Shown: in pieces, positions 19,861 to 29,563 of the stretch | Layout: each line of letters starts with the position of its first letter | How positions within the stretch are numbered: position 1 is the first letter of the stretch | From: a bacterium | Lineage (GTDB): Bacteria; Zhuqueibacterota; Zhuqueibacteria; Residuimicrobiales; Krinioviventaceae | NCBI GenBank assembly: GCA_963693055.1 | Contig: OY843751.1 | Location: 3,488,001 to 3,552,000, forward strand | Length of the DNA stretch: 64,000 bases | Direction of reading: 5' to 3' | Notes under the pieces: model-generated | What the model was told of the DNA's origin: nothing | The model's input: the letters and a program-made list of their open reading frames with translations, nothing else | Databases searched by the model: none | Position numbers and translations under genes: made by a program

Positions 19861-21903
19861 ATGAACCGCATTGTATTCTATTTGTTTCTCACCACACTAT
19901 TCTTTTCAAATCTCCCGGCTCAATCATTACCGATTGAAAAAAGTGCTACTCATGACCAAAATAACAATATCCGTCAATATCTGAACCGTGTAGCCAGTGA
20001 GATCACCCAGAACTCTCTTTCAAATATTAACAGCGCTGAACAATGGCAGCAAATACGAGACGAAAAATACAAACAGTTCACGAGTATGATGGGACTCGTA
20101 GATGTGCCCGTCACGGGTGAACGCTCCCCCCTCAAGACACAAATTGTGGGTACCATTCAAAAACAGGGATACAAGATCGTCAAACTACATTATCAGTCCT
20201 TACCCAATCTATACGTACCTGCCGATCTGTACATCCCGGATGATGTGAGTACTCCCCGCCCGGCGATTCTCTATGTATGCGGTCATTCACGCACACAAAA
20301 AGTGCATTATCAGCCTCACGCACGTCGATTTGCGGAATTGGGATTTGTTTGTCTCATCATTGAAACCATTCAATGGGGTGAAATTCGGGGTGAACATTGG
20401 GGATGTTATGCTAACGGCTGGTTCAATTGGTACAGTTTAGGCTACACTCCCGGTGGAGTAGAACTCTGGAATGCTATTCGTGGACTCGATCTGCTTTGTG
20501 AACGACCTGAAGTGGACCCTGAACGATTGGGTGTAACCGGTATTTCCGGAGGTGGCTCACAATCCTGGTACATTGCCGCTGCTGATCCCCGCATCAAAGC
20601 CGCTGCACCTGTCTGCGGTGCAAGTACGCTGGAGGCGCAGATCCATACACGTACCATTGACGGACATTGTGACTGCATGATGCCACCCAACACGTATCTC
20701 TGGGATTTTACAGATATCGGTGCATTGTATGCACCCAAACCCCTGTTAATAGGTCAGGCAAACCGGGATGGTCTCAACACCATAGAGTCCGTTAGAGACA
20801 TCTATTTTCGATTAAAAGATTTTTACGAATTGTTTGATGCCAAAGAAAACATTAGTCTTGTTGAATCTCCCGGTGGGCATTCATATCACAAAACATCAAG
20901 GCAAAAGATCTTTTCGTTTTTCCTCAAACATCTCATGAACAAGGATGTGTATTATGCCGATATAGCTGATGTTGATGAGGATCCTGAAAAGCAACTGACT
21001 GCGGAAGAATTGAAAATCTTTACCAATGGCCCCATTCCGGGTGACAGAACAAAAACCATACAGGATTATTTTATCAAATCAGCTATAGCACCCGATATTG
21101 CAACACTGGCAGATTTGGAAAAACATCGGGACTGGGTGATCAATAATCTAAAAGAACAAACCTTTGCGGCATTTCCCCAAAATCCGGTTAATCTTGATCC
21201 TCGTCTCGAGTTCAGAACTCTGGATGGCGGCGAGTTTGGACGGACCGTATACAGTTATGTATCAGAACAGGATTGGCGACTCAAAATAGATATTCACTGG
21301 AAACATCCACAAGACGAGCCTAATCCTATTCTAATCGTACTACGAAATGCTAATGCCAGGCGATGGGATGCCGAAGGATTTATTGGCGAACTGGCTTATA
21401 ATATGAATGTGGCATATCTTGAGGTACGAGGTGTAGGTGAAGCCGGATGGGCGCCGGAACTGCAATGGCATATCCGCCGCGCAGCCGCATGGACAGGACG
21501 TACAATTGCCAGCATGCAGGTATACGATCTATTAAAAAGTATCGAATTCTGCATATCTTTACAGGGTGTGGATTCGAAAAAAATACATATTGCAGCAAAA
21601 GATGAAATGACAGTAATAGCATTATATGTGGCATTGCTCAATGGCTCAATAAACGCGTTGCTATTACAAAATCCCCCTTCTACCCAAAACAAAACATCAG
21701 CCAAAGATGGAACAGGACCTGCAATAGAAATGCTCAACTGTCTGCGGTTTACAGACATAAATCAGATACCCGGGCTGCTTTATCCAATGAAAATAGCATT
21801 CATGCAAGAGCTTCCACAAACATTCAACTGGTCAGAAAATATTTATAAAAAATTGGGTAAAGAATCAGCATATATAAAAATTAATGAAGCAAAAGAATTT
21901 TAA
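19861..21903 (+). CDS. Secreted alpha/beta-hydrolase (acetylxylan-esterase-like), two hydrolase domains
   Basis: Signal peptide; PAILYVCGH; nucleophile elbow GVTGISGGG; PGGHSY. The second domain lacks GxSxG. GGAGG RBS. Confidence 0.8.
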   Translation: MNRIVFYLFLTTLFFSNLPAQSLPIEKSATHDQNNNIRQYLNRVASEITQNSLSNINSAEQWQQIRDEKYKQFTSMMGLVDVPVTGERSPLKTQIVGTIQKQGYKIVKLHYQSLPNLYVPADLYIPDDVSTPRPAILYVCGHSRTQKVHYQPHARRFAELGFVCLIIETIQWGEIRGEHWGCYANGWFNWYSLGYTPGGVELWNAIRGLDLLCERPEVDPERLGVTGISGGGSQSWYIAAADPRIKAAAPVCGASTLEAQIHTRTIDGHCDCMMPPNTYLWDFTDIGALYAPKPLLIGQANRDGLNTIESVRDIYFRLKDFYELFDAKENISLVESPGGHSYHKTSRQKIFSFFLKHLMNKDVYYADIADVDEDPEKQLTAEELKIFTNGPIPGDRTKTIQDYFIKSAIAPDIATLADLEKHRDWVINNLKEQTFAAFPQNPVNLDPRLEFRTLDGGEFGRTVYSYVSEQDWRLKIDIHWKHPQDEPNPILIVLRNANARRWDAEGFIGELAYNMNVAYLEVRGVGEAGWAPELQWHIRRAAAWTGRTIASMQVYDLLKSIEFCISLQGVDSKKIHIAAKDEMTVIALYVALLNGSINALLLQNPPSTQNKTSAKDGTGPAIEMLNCLRFTDINQIPGLLYPMKIAFMQELPQTFNWSENIYKKLGKESAYIKINEAKEF

Positions 21904-21906
21904 CAG

Positions 21907-21941
21907 AAAAAAAACGCCGGTCAAAAACAAACCGGCGTTTT
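21907..21941. terminator. Bidirectional intrinsic terminator
   Basis: aaaacgccggt-N9-accggcgtttt with an A-run on the left, between convergent genes. Confidence 0.8.
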
Positions 21942-21970
21942 GGAGGAGCTGATCACAACCTGAATGATCG

Positions 21971-23302
21971 TTAAATTTCGGGCAAGCTTATAATAAATCG
22001 CACACCATGTTCAAGATTCTCCACAGTGAACGATCCCTTATGCTTGACAATAATTTCTTTACATATCATGAGACCAAAACGGTTTTCCAAATCGGCTTCT
22101 ACATTTGTCAAGGGCTGAAACAATTGTTTCAACTCGCTCTTATCAAGACCTTTAAACCGATTGCTAAATAATAACTTTACTCTACCCTGATCAGGATTAT
22201 AGCAGGTTTGTAGATTAAAGTTATAAATATTGGTTTTCTCAATGAAAAAATTACAAATATTATACAATGCTAAATGCATCTGGGTTTTATCAATTTTGAC
22301 ATCAGGAATATCGCTTTGAATCTGTACATCAAAAATAGGATTATTTTTTGTATAAATGGTATGAATAAAATCCATAAACTCTTTAACTAGATCATTTATA
22401 CTACAATTTTCAAGCCGGGTCTCTATTCGGATATTATCAACCAAACCGTTTGACATGCTTTGTAGTTCTTTTAACAAAAATGAAATATTACCCAACTTGT
22501 CCGCTACACGATCCAAATTTGCATTCTTTTCCAAATAGCGGGTAACTAATTCTAGACTGCTGCTGGTTTCAAGAAGAAAATTATTCAAAAGGTGACCTAT
22601 ACTAGCGGCTACTTTGGTTTCGGCAGCAACTTTTTCCACATCTATCAATGCACCTGAAGTATTTGAAAGACTTGCAAAGGATTGCTCTTGCAATTGATAA
22701 AACATGGCATTACGAATTGCAATTGCTGCCTGGGTTGAAAAATGCTGTACAAGCTCCTGTTTGATTTTAGAATCACCAATCAAAGGATTTGCGCTATCGG
22801 CATAAATCAGACCCAGAATATCATTATCAATAATCAATGGGCAACAGATAATACTCTTGGAGTCCAAATGTTTATTGGGGAATAATTGTACTTTAGAAAC
22901 GTCATCAAAGTAATAGATGGCTTTGTGTTGATATGTTTTTAAAAGAATATTTTTAACAATCTTGAAATTTTTCTTGTCCAGATTATTATGGTTTGCATCT
23001 CGGGCAATTTTAAACTCCAGACGGCCCTGGGGAGTTTTTAATAATAAAAAGCCTCTTTCTGCCTGAATTACAGAGATAAGGGAATCAATAACAGATTCAA
23101 GAACCTGACCAAGACTAAGGGTTGAATAAATTTGACCAAAGCTGTTTACTACGGTTGAAATATAATCCCAATGTTCAGGGGAGTGGTCCAAGGTAGGATC
23201 AAGTTGATATTTACCGTGATCTTTGAATTCCAGATTGTCTTGTTGATAATCAATAAAATGTTCATCGTCACGTATGAGTTCTTTATTCAAGTCGTTCTTC
23301 AT
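21971..23302 (-). CDS. GAF-domain histidine-kinase paralogue with degenerate catalytic motifs (probable pseudokinase)
   Basis: GAF (AERGFLLL, SIICCPL, GLIYADS); H-box GHLLNN; N/G1/G2 boxes eroded. Start moved to ATG 23302 after GGAGG. Confidence 0.8.
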   Translation of the reverse strand: MKNDLNKELIRDDEHFIDYQQDNLEFKDHGKYQLDPTLDHSPEHWDYISTVVNSFGQIYSTLSLGQVLESVIDSLISVIQAERGFLLLKTPQGRLEFKIARDANHNNLDKKNFKIVKNILLKTYQHKAIYYFDDVSKVQLFPNKHLDSKSIICCPLIIDNDILGLIYADSANPLIGDSKIKQELVQHFSTQAAIAIRNAMFYQLQEQSFASLSNTSGALIDVEKVAAETKVAASIGHLLNNFLLETSSSLELVTRYLEKNANLDRVADKLGNISFLLKELQSMSNGLVDNIRIETRLENCSINDLVKEFMDFIHTIYTKNNPIFDVQIQSDIPDVKIDKTQMHLALYNICNFFIEKTNIYNFNLQTCYNPDQGRVKLLFSNRFKGLDKSELKQLFQPLTNVEADLENRFGLMICKEIIVKHKGSFTVENLEHGVRFIISLPEI

Positions 23303-23340
23303 TGCCCGACATCCTCCACACCACACTATTCTGCTATATA

Positions 23341-23367
23341 AAAAGCAAAGGGCCCAAGTAGGGCCCT
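23341..23367 (-). terminator. Intrinsic terminator after the HFS lipoprotein
   Basis: Minus strand AGGGCCC-TACTT-GGGCCCT-TTGCTTTT. Confidence 0.7.
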
Positions 23368-23379
23368 GTTGTATTTAAA

Positions 23380-23961
23380 TCAATCTTTTGTAATCAAGTA
23401 AATCGAAAAATGTTCAATATCAAATGTTACGCGTTGACGGCCTCTGTCCCATTTGAATTTAGTATCATTTGCTGCTGCTGAATTGGAAACTTTGACCCAT
23501 TTAGATCCGTTCCAATTCCACAGAGAAACATTGTCATTTTGAAGTTCTCTAAAGTTCATAACCAATTTTGCATTTGGTGTAAACTCTAAACCTGAAGGAT
23601 CAAAGGTAAAAATCAAATCACCTTTTGAAGTCAAATCTGCCTGAGCATAAATACGCGTATTGCGCTTTGAACTCATTGAGAATGGAGGCACATACAAGTA
23701 ACCAATATTGCGTTTGCCAATCCATCCGCCTTTGCGGTAATTGATTTTTTTGCTTGTTTTCCAGGTTCTAACGATAGTAAAATCGTCATAAGGTAACTCG
23801 TCAATAGCGGTAATACCAGCTATTTTATCCACCCCCATCCCATCATCATCACTTTGTGTTACATCTGCCAATGGTGCATTCGGCATTTTTTCACAACCGG
23901 TTAGCTGCAAACCCACGATCACCATGATCGTTACGAACAACAACCCTCTTAAATGTTTCAT
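23380..23961 (-). CDS. Lipoprotein with ZU5-like domain and C-terminal HFS motif
   Basis: Lipobox LTGC; KGGWI..LYVPP..M, F.PSGLEF...AKL, and VTFDIEHFSIY pattern. Confidence 0.7.
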   Translation of the reverse strand: MKHLRGLLFVTIMVIVGLQLTGCEKMPNAPLADVTQSDDDGMGVDKIAGITAIDELPYDDFTIVRTWKTSKKINYRKGGWIGKRNIGYLYVPPFSMSSKRNTRIYAQADLTSKGDLIFTFDPSGLEFTPNAKLVMNFRELQNDNVSLWNWNGSKWVKVSNSAAANDTKFKWDRGRQRVTFDIEHFSIYLITKD

Positions 23962-24026
23962 CTCTCTCTCCTCTTACTATTTATTTTGATTGTGATTAGG
24001 GGTCTTATTAAATTTACTTTATTACA

Positions 24027-24042
24027 AGCAAATTGTAGGCCA
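24027..24042 (-). promoter_or_regulatory. Sigma54-type -24/-12 promoter for the lipoprotein gene
   Basis: Minus strand TGGCCT-ACAAT-TTGCT versus consensus TGGCAC-N5-TTGCW; ~65 nt before the ATG, with a long AT-rich upstream region. Confidence 0.65.
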
Positions 24043-24247
24043 GAAATTGTCAAAAGAACACTTGGAAACTATAAAAAATGCAAAAAACCACGAAATATCT
24101 TATCATTTATACTAATTATTTACATATTTTCAAAGAAAAATATTAAAAAACTAAACATTTTTTTCAAATTACATAAAATTCAGCATAACAAACCATGCTT
24201 TTGTTGCTTTAACTGGACAACTGTTGAGTTTATGGGACAATAAACCA

Positions 24248-27200
24248 TCACATTGAGGCTTTTACTGTCTTTATACTTTTTAACAAGTCCAGATTTTCCG
24301 GATACTTTATTAATGATTGCTTATAAGAGTCTGGTTCGATATGAGTCAAACATAACTTTAAGCATTGGTATGCTTTACGAAAACATTTATAACTCTTGAT
24401 TTTATCTCCGGCTTTGAAATACATTTTGCCGCGGAGATAATAAATGCTTTTCACTTGAAGCATTAACCCCATCGATTGCGCAATTTCTTCTGCACGGTCC
24501 AGAGTTTTCTCTATCACTTCTATAGGTTTCTGCGCTTTGTACATTGCATTTGCAAACAATATCATTATTTGCAATTTATACCACTTGAAATTAGAATCTT
24601 CTATTACTTTTTGTAAGGATGGCAATATCTTTAAAGCATTTGCCATTTGGCCTTGTTCAATATAATATTGTAAATAAAACATCTCTATCTGCATCTTAAG
24701 CATAATATTAGAATCTTTGTCAGATAATGCTTTGGCTTCATGCAGAGATGGGTTTTCAAATTCACCAGTTTCAAGAAATTTAATTCTGGACTTCATTACC
24801 AGATATTCACCGAGCTTGGATTTATCGTTCAAAGATTCTGTAATTTTTAAACAGGCATCAATAGACATTTGGGCCTGCTCTATTTGATATAAAGCAACAT
24901 AAACCCGGCTTTTTTGAAAGAGCATTTCAGCTTTTGTAGACTCGCTTCGTATACGCTCAGAAAACTTTATTCCTTCATCAAGAATATTTAAAGCATTTGT
25001 ATAATCTTCACGTAAAAAAAGCAATTCACCAATATTACAATGCGATGCTACCAATCCACGAATATCACCAATTCGGTTTTTCAAATCTTTGCATTTTTTA
25101 AAATAATTCAAGGCACGCTCATATTGTCCACTTTCCATCAACAGTATGCCCAGATTATTATAATTTTCTGCAAGTCCGGCCCAGTCACCGGCCTCTTCCA
25201 TTACCTCCATACTTGAACGCCAATAGGTACTGGCTTTTTCAGGATCACCGGAAACATTATATACAATACCCAAATTATTCAGGGTTGCGGCCATACTCTT
25301 TTTATCGCCCATTTCTTTCTTAACTGAAGCACTTTTTGCAAAATATTTAATAGCATATTCAATATTTCCGGAATAAAAGCTAGCTCCACCCAACGTATTC
25401 AATGTTAAAGCCATAATACGAGATGGAGAGTTTTCAGGCAACAAATTCAATGCCTTTTCACCCAACTGAATTGCTTCCTGATAGTTACCTCTCATAATTG
25501 ATAGCCATGCCAATTCTCTCAAAATTAACGCACGTTCTATAATAGCACTTGCAGGAGCCTGCTTTAATGCACGGTTTAAAGCTTCATCCGCCTGATCTAC
25601 ATTACCAATTTTCTGATAAAGATCAGAAATCCGTCTTTCAAGGGCTGATTTGGCAACACCCGCTTTATAATCCGGTAACAATTCGCTATATAAATCAAGA
25701 GCAGTAGTTGAATCTCCCAACGAATCTTTTAAATCAGCTACGTTTCGTTTAAAAAAACGAACAAGCCTTTTTTTATCTGCAGGACTATGGTCCAATGCTA
25801 GCTGGGCAATAACCAGTGCACGTCTATATGAATTTGAATTTTTTAAAATATTAATTGCTTGAGAAGCAAGCGGTATCCCTTCAACGATATACCCTGCTCT
25901 TAAAAAATGTAAAGCCTTTTGATTTGGAGCATATTCCATGTCTGAACACTCTAACAAATATGCTGCTATTCTAGCAGTAATATCAGATTTAGCAGTTTCA
26001 GACAATTGTCCCATAACTGCATCTCTAAAAGCAATAGATAAAAAGCTGTAAACCGTACCCAGTTTGTCGTGATGTTCCAACAGAATACGCTTATCCATCA
26101 ATATTTCTACATTATGCTGGATTTCATTCTCATCACAGTTGACAAGATGTAATAGTAATCGCTTTTCTATTGCAGAATCATAGACTGCGATATTTTGTAA
26201 TATATTTTTTTGGAGTTCAGACAGGTTTCTGAATGTATTCAGATACAGCGCATTGATACTGGAAAGATCCAATGATTCCAGATCATAAGTTTCACTCATC
26301 ATCCAGGTTCTATCAGATCGGATAAAGAAACCTGCATTATTCAAAGCTGTAACAATAGCAGCTACAATCTCAACATTACCACCACTTTTACCATACAATT
26401 GCTGGTAAAATCTGGCAGGAAATAAAGAGGGCTTGAAAGCTGTAAGTAAGAGCTGTTCAAGCTCGGTTTCTTCTAAACACTTTACTCGAAAATCATATAC
26501 CGCAGCAAGTGAATCTCGACCTTTTTGAATATTTAATGCTGCTTCATCAGACTGTCGGTCTGTGGTAATGGTTACAACTATAGATACTTTATCATGGACC
26601 AGCGAACGACCAAGATAATAAATCAGGTCCAGCACTGCATTATTAGCCTGTTCCAGATTACGCAAAATAATTACTATACGCTTTCTTCTGCTTAAATCCC
26701 GAACCAGATTTGAAAATTCTTCCATAAACCGAAAACGTCCAAGTTCGTAATCATCCCGATTTTGACGTATTGCCAACAGCTCAGCTTCGGTTTCGGAAAC
26801 AAGTTTTTCAATATCTGCATACCCTTTAAAAGCATCAATAAAAGGTTGATACAGTGAGCCCTTGTCATCCCGGCACCAGCTCTCAAGGACAGATATATTA
26901 TCCAACTGCATTTTCGATTTTACATCCTGTAAAATTCTATATGCACCAGAGCCTTCATTGCCATTTATTGTAATAAAGTTGATTACATCATCATGTTGTG
27001 ACAAGCCAATGGATATTTGCAGTAAAAGTTTTTGAATTTCAGGATCACGCAACTTTAAAAATGCATCCATAATTAATGGAGAAATAAGGTCACGTGTTTT
27101 TGCAGAATCATAATCTTCAACACCCAAAGCGGTCAACAATTCTTCGCAACTTGCAAACCTCTCCAAAGGATCTTTAGACAAGAGTCTGAAAATAACAGAT

Positions 27201-27967
27201 TCAAGTTTATCAGAAAGATCAACTCCCAGAGCAGAAAATCTTTTGGGCAGCGTGCGCAAATGCCCGCTCTTGATATCATCCGGACTGCCATAAAATGGAG
27301 CTTTTCCGGTCAGGGCCCAGTACATTAAAATACCAACAGCATAAAGATCAGTAGAAAAGGTAACTGGCGCTTTTTGAAAAAGTTCAGGCGCCATGTATTC
27401 TAATGTGCCGCTCAGCGTTTGTTTGAGTTTTATATTTTCATCTTTACGTACGGCAAGACCAAAGTCCATTACCTTAATATTGGGATTCCCCTTTTCATCA
27501 TGGTAAACCATGATGTTTTCGCTTTTTATATCACCGTGCAATATTCCAGAAGCATGAATATAACCCAGTGCCTGTACAAGCTGTATAAACAACTTTACCA
27601 GAATTTCGCTGGAAAAAGAACCAACGGCATCAAAAAAATCTTTGCCATTCACATATTCCATTGTATAGAAATACTCATCACGATCAGAAAATTTACCAAA
27701 ATCAATTACCCGTACCAGGTTAGGGTGCCTGAGTGCGGATAAAATAGCAAATTCCCGACGCAAAGATTCTATAATCTCTGGATCTGAATGTTTTGCATGA
27801 AAGACTTTGAGAACAATGTTCTCATTATCACGTGCGGTATCCTCAACAAGAAAAACAATTCCCATCCCCCCACGGCCCAGCTCCTTAATCACTCGATAAC
27901 GGCCGTTTATCACATCGTCCACAGTTTTCGTTTTTAGTTCAGGAGATTGAAAAACTGCATTTTCCAT
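24248..27967 (-). CDS. Hanks-type Ser/Thr kinase fused to a degenerate STAND/AAA domain and a TPR array
   Basis: LGRGGMGIVF, HGDIKSEN, DFGLA, GTLEYMAPE; P-loop remnant GNEGSGAY; TPRs (TLNTLG, TLNNLG, NYNNLG, HCNIG). Confidence 0.9.
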   Translation of the reverse strand: MENAVFQSPELKTKTVDDVINGRYRVIKELGRGGMGIVFLVEDTARDNENIVLKVFHAKHSDPEIIESLRREFAILSALRHPNLVRVIDFGKFSDRDEYFYTMEYVNGKDFFDAVGSFSSEILVKLFIQLVQALGYIHASGILHGDIKSENIMVYHDEKGNPNIKVMDFGLAVRKDENIKLKQTLSGTLEYMAPELFQKAPVTFSTDLYAVGILMYWALTGKAPFYGSPDDIKSGHLRTLPKRFSALGVDLSDKLESVIFRLLSKDPLERFASCEELLTALGVEDYDSAKTRDLISPLIMDAFLKLRDPEIQKLLLQISIGLSQHDDVINFITINGNEGSGAYRILQDVKSKMQLDNISVLESWCRDDKGSLYQPFIDAFKGYADIEKLVSETEAELLAIRQNRDDYELGRFRFMEEFSNLVRDLSRRKRIVIILRNLEQANNAVLDLIYYLGRSLVHDKVSIVVTITTDRQSDEAALNIQKGRDSLAAVYDFRVKCLEETELEQLLLTAFKPSLFPARFYQQLYGKSGGNVEIVAAIVTALNNAGFFIRSDRTWMMSETYDLESLDLSSINALYLNTFRNLSELQKNILQNIAVYDSAIEKRLLLHLVNCDENEIQHNVEILMDKRILLEHHDKLGTVYSFLSIAFRDAVMGQLSETAKSDITARIAAYLLECSDMEYAPNQKALHFLRAGYIVEGIPLASQAINILKNSNSYRRALVIAQLALDHSPADKKRLVRFFKRNVADLKDSLGDSTTALDLYSELLPDYKAGVAKSALERRISDLYQKIGNVDQADEALNRALKQAPASAIIERALILRELAWLSIMRGNYQEAIQLGEKALNLLPENSPSRIMALTLNTLGGASFYSGNIEYAIKYFAKSASVKKEMGDKKSMAATLNNLGIVYNVSGDPEKASTYWRSSMEVMEEAGDWAGLAENYNNLGILLMESGQYERALNYFKKCKDLKNRIGDIRGLVASHCNIGELLFLREDYTNALNILDEGIKFSERIRSESTKAEMLFQKSRVYVALYQIEQAQMSIDACLKITESLNDKSKLGEYLVMKSRIKFLETGEFENPSLHEAKALSDKDSNIMLKMQIEMFYLQYYIEQGQMANALKILPSLQKVIEDSNFKWYKLQIMILFANAMYKAQKPIEVIEKTLDRAEEIAQSMGLMLQVKSIYYLRGKMYFKAGDKIKSYKCFRKAYQCLKLCLTHIEPDSYKQSLIKYPENLDLLKSIKTVKASM

Positions 27968-27982
27968 TTAAACCATTTTTCG

Positions 27983-29554
27983 TTATTCCCAATACCAATG
28001 CGCTATGTTGAAAAAAGTCGATACAGGAGAAAATTGTATTCCCTTTAATTGCTTATCCATTCCAACAATTCGTTCAGGGATCCACAAAAATGTTGCGGGT
28101 TGTTCCTGAACAATAATTTCTTGAAATTCATACCACAAAGGCCTGGATTTTTCGGGCTCCAAGATGTCAGGGGCCTGTTCTATTATTTCATCTATTCGTT
28201 TATTCTGATAACATGACAAATTGAAACCGGGAGATTCAATCATAGAAGAATGCCAAATAGGATAAACATCAACCTTGGTTGCTGACATCATACCCAGTAA
28301 CAAGGCATCAAAATCGCGGGACATTAAATCTTCAACATAAGCTGAAAATTCAAGACGCTGTGGAATCACCTTGATTCCAACCTTTTTTAACATTTCCTGA
28401 ATCATTACGAGTGCATCTTCGCGTACCTGGCTGCCAATATTTGTTAACATTTGAAATTCAAAATCTTTTCCATTTTTATCAAGCCAGCCATCATTATTGC
28501 TGTCAGTCCAACCCTCTTCTTTTAACAGAGTTTTTGCGGTTTCGGGATCAAAGGGTATTGATTCAAGATCAGGATTATATGCCCACAACATGGGATGTAT
28601 AGGGCTGTCATAAACTTTACCATATCCTTTTAACAAATGCTGAACCAGAGTCGGACGATCAATTGACATGGTCAATGCTCTTCGAACACGGGCACTTGCA
28701 AACAAAGATCTACTTGTATTCCATGATATTTGATTAAATTGAGCATATGGAAAATGCTCTAAACGCAGTTGGGGTGAATTGCTAAAATCTGCGTTCGCCG
28801 GAGGTACACCTTCGATAAAATGAATTTCACCAGTTTTAAGCTGTGTAAGGAGTTGTGTTTTATCCGGTACAATTTTAAATACAATCCGTGGAAGCTTGGG
28901 TAACCCTTCAACTGAAAATTTTTCGTTTCTTAACAGCTCAATAAATTGATTTGGTACCCAGGACTGTATAACATATGGACCCGAAAAAACACCATCCAGT
29001 GCAAAATCAAAAGATTTTATTTGTTCTGCGGATTTATCGGCAAATATATGTTTGGGAACGATAACACCTTCACAGGCATCCATTAACTGATAGGGATAAA
29101 GCGTATCAAAATAAAAATCAATTGTTGAATCATTTAATACACGGACTTGCGAAATATGTTCTTTGACATTCGCACCAGCCCACCCGATATCAGGATCGGT
29201 TTGTAATTGAAACGTAAATTCAACATCTGCAGCAGTCAATGGTACACCATCAGACCAAAGCACATCAGATCTCAAATGAAATCGGATTCGACTGTCATTG
29301 TCCATCATCTCCCAGGAACGGGCAAGCGCGGGTTTAAAACTGACAAAATCCGGTTGCTCAATTAACAGGGACTGAAACAACATTTTAGACATTTCAGAAC
29401 CAAATCGCGAGGTTGTAACCAAAGGATTAAAGGAATCTGTATCACCTGGTACACCAATAATCAAAACATTTTTGGTGGCATTTTTTCCACATGAAAATAG
29501 AAAAATCCCCAAGACAGATAATAAAAGCAGAATTGAATTTATTTTAATTTTCAC
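27983..29554 (-). CDS. oppA: Peptide ABC transporter substrate-binding lipoprotein (OppA/DppA/AppA, family 5)
   Basis: Lipobox LFSC; PALARSWE..F.LR.DV.WSDG.PLTA.DV.FT signature; VRRALTMSIDR. Confidence 0.88.
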   Translation of the reverse strand: MKIKINSILLLLSVLGIFLFSCGKNATKNVLIIGVPGDTDSFNPLVTTSRFGSEMSKMLFQSLLIEQPDFVSFKPALARSWEMMDNDSRIRFHLRSDVLWSDGVPLTAADVEFTFQLQTDPDIGWAGANVKEHISQVRVLNDSTIDFYFDTLYPYQLMDACEGVIVPKHIFADKSAEQIKSFDFALDGVFSGPYVIQSWVPNQFIELLRNEKFSVEGLPKLPRIVFKIVPDKTQLLTQLKTGEIHFIEGVPPANADFSNSPQLRLEHFPYAQFNQISWNTSRSLFASARVRRALTMSIDRPTLVQHLLKGYGKVYDSPIHPMLWAYNPDLESIPFDPETAKTLLKEEGWTDSNNDGWLDKNGKDFEFQMLTNIGSQVREDALVMIQEMLKKVGIKVIPQRLEFSAYVEDLMSRDFDALLLGMMSATKVDVYPIWHSSMIESPGFNLSCYQNKRIDEIIEQAPDILEPEKSRPLWYEFQEIIVQEQPATFLWIPERIVGMDKQLKGIQFSPVSTFFNIAHWYWE

Positions 29555-29563
29555 AACTGTCCC

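Noticed and set aside
23953-24243. 96-aa plus-strand ORF in the kinase-lipoprotein gap (likewise 34489..34851 and 39279..39500)
   Set aside because: Low-complexity translations of AT-rich intergenic or promoter DNA without an RBS or recognisable motifs.
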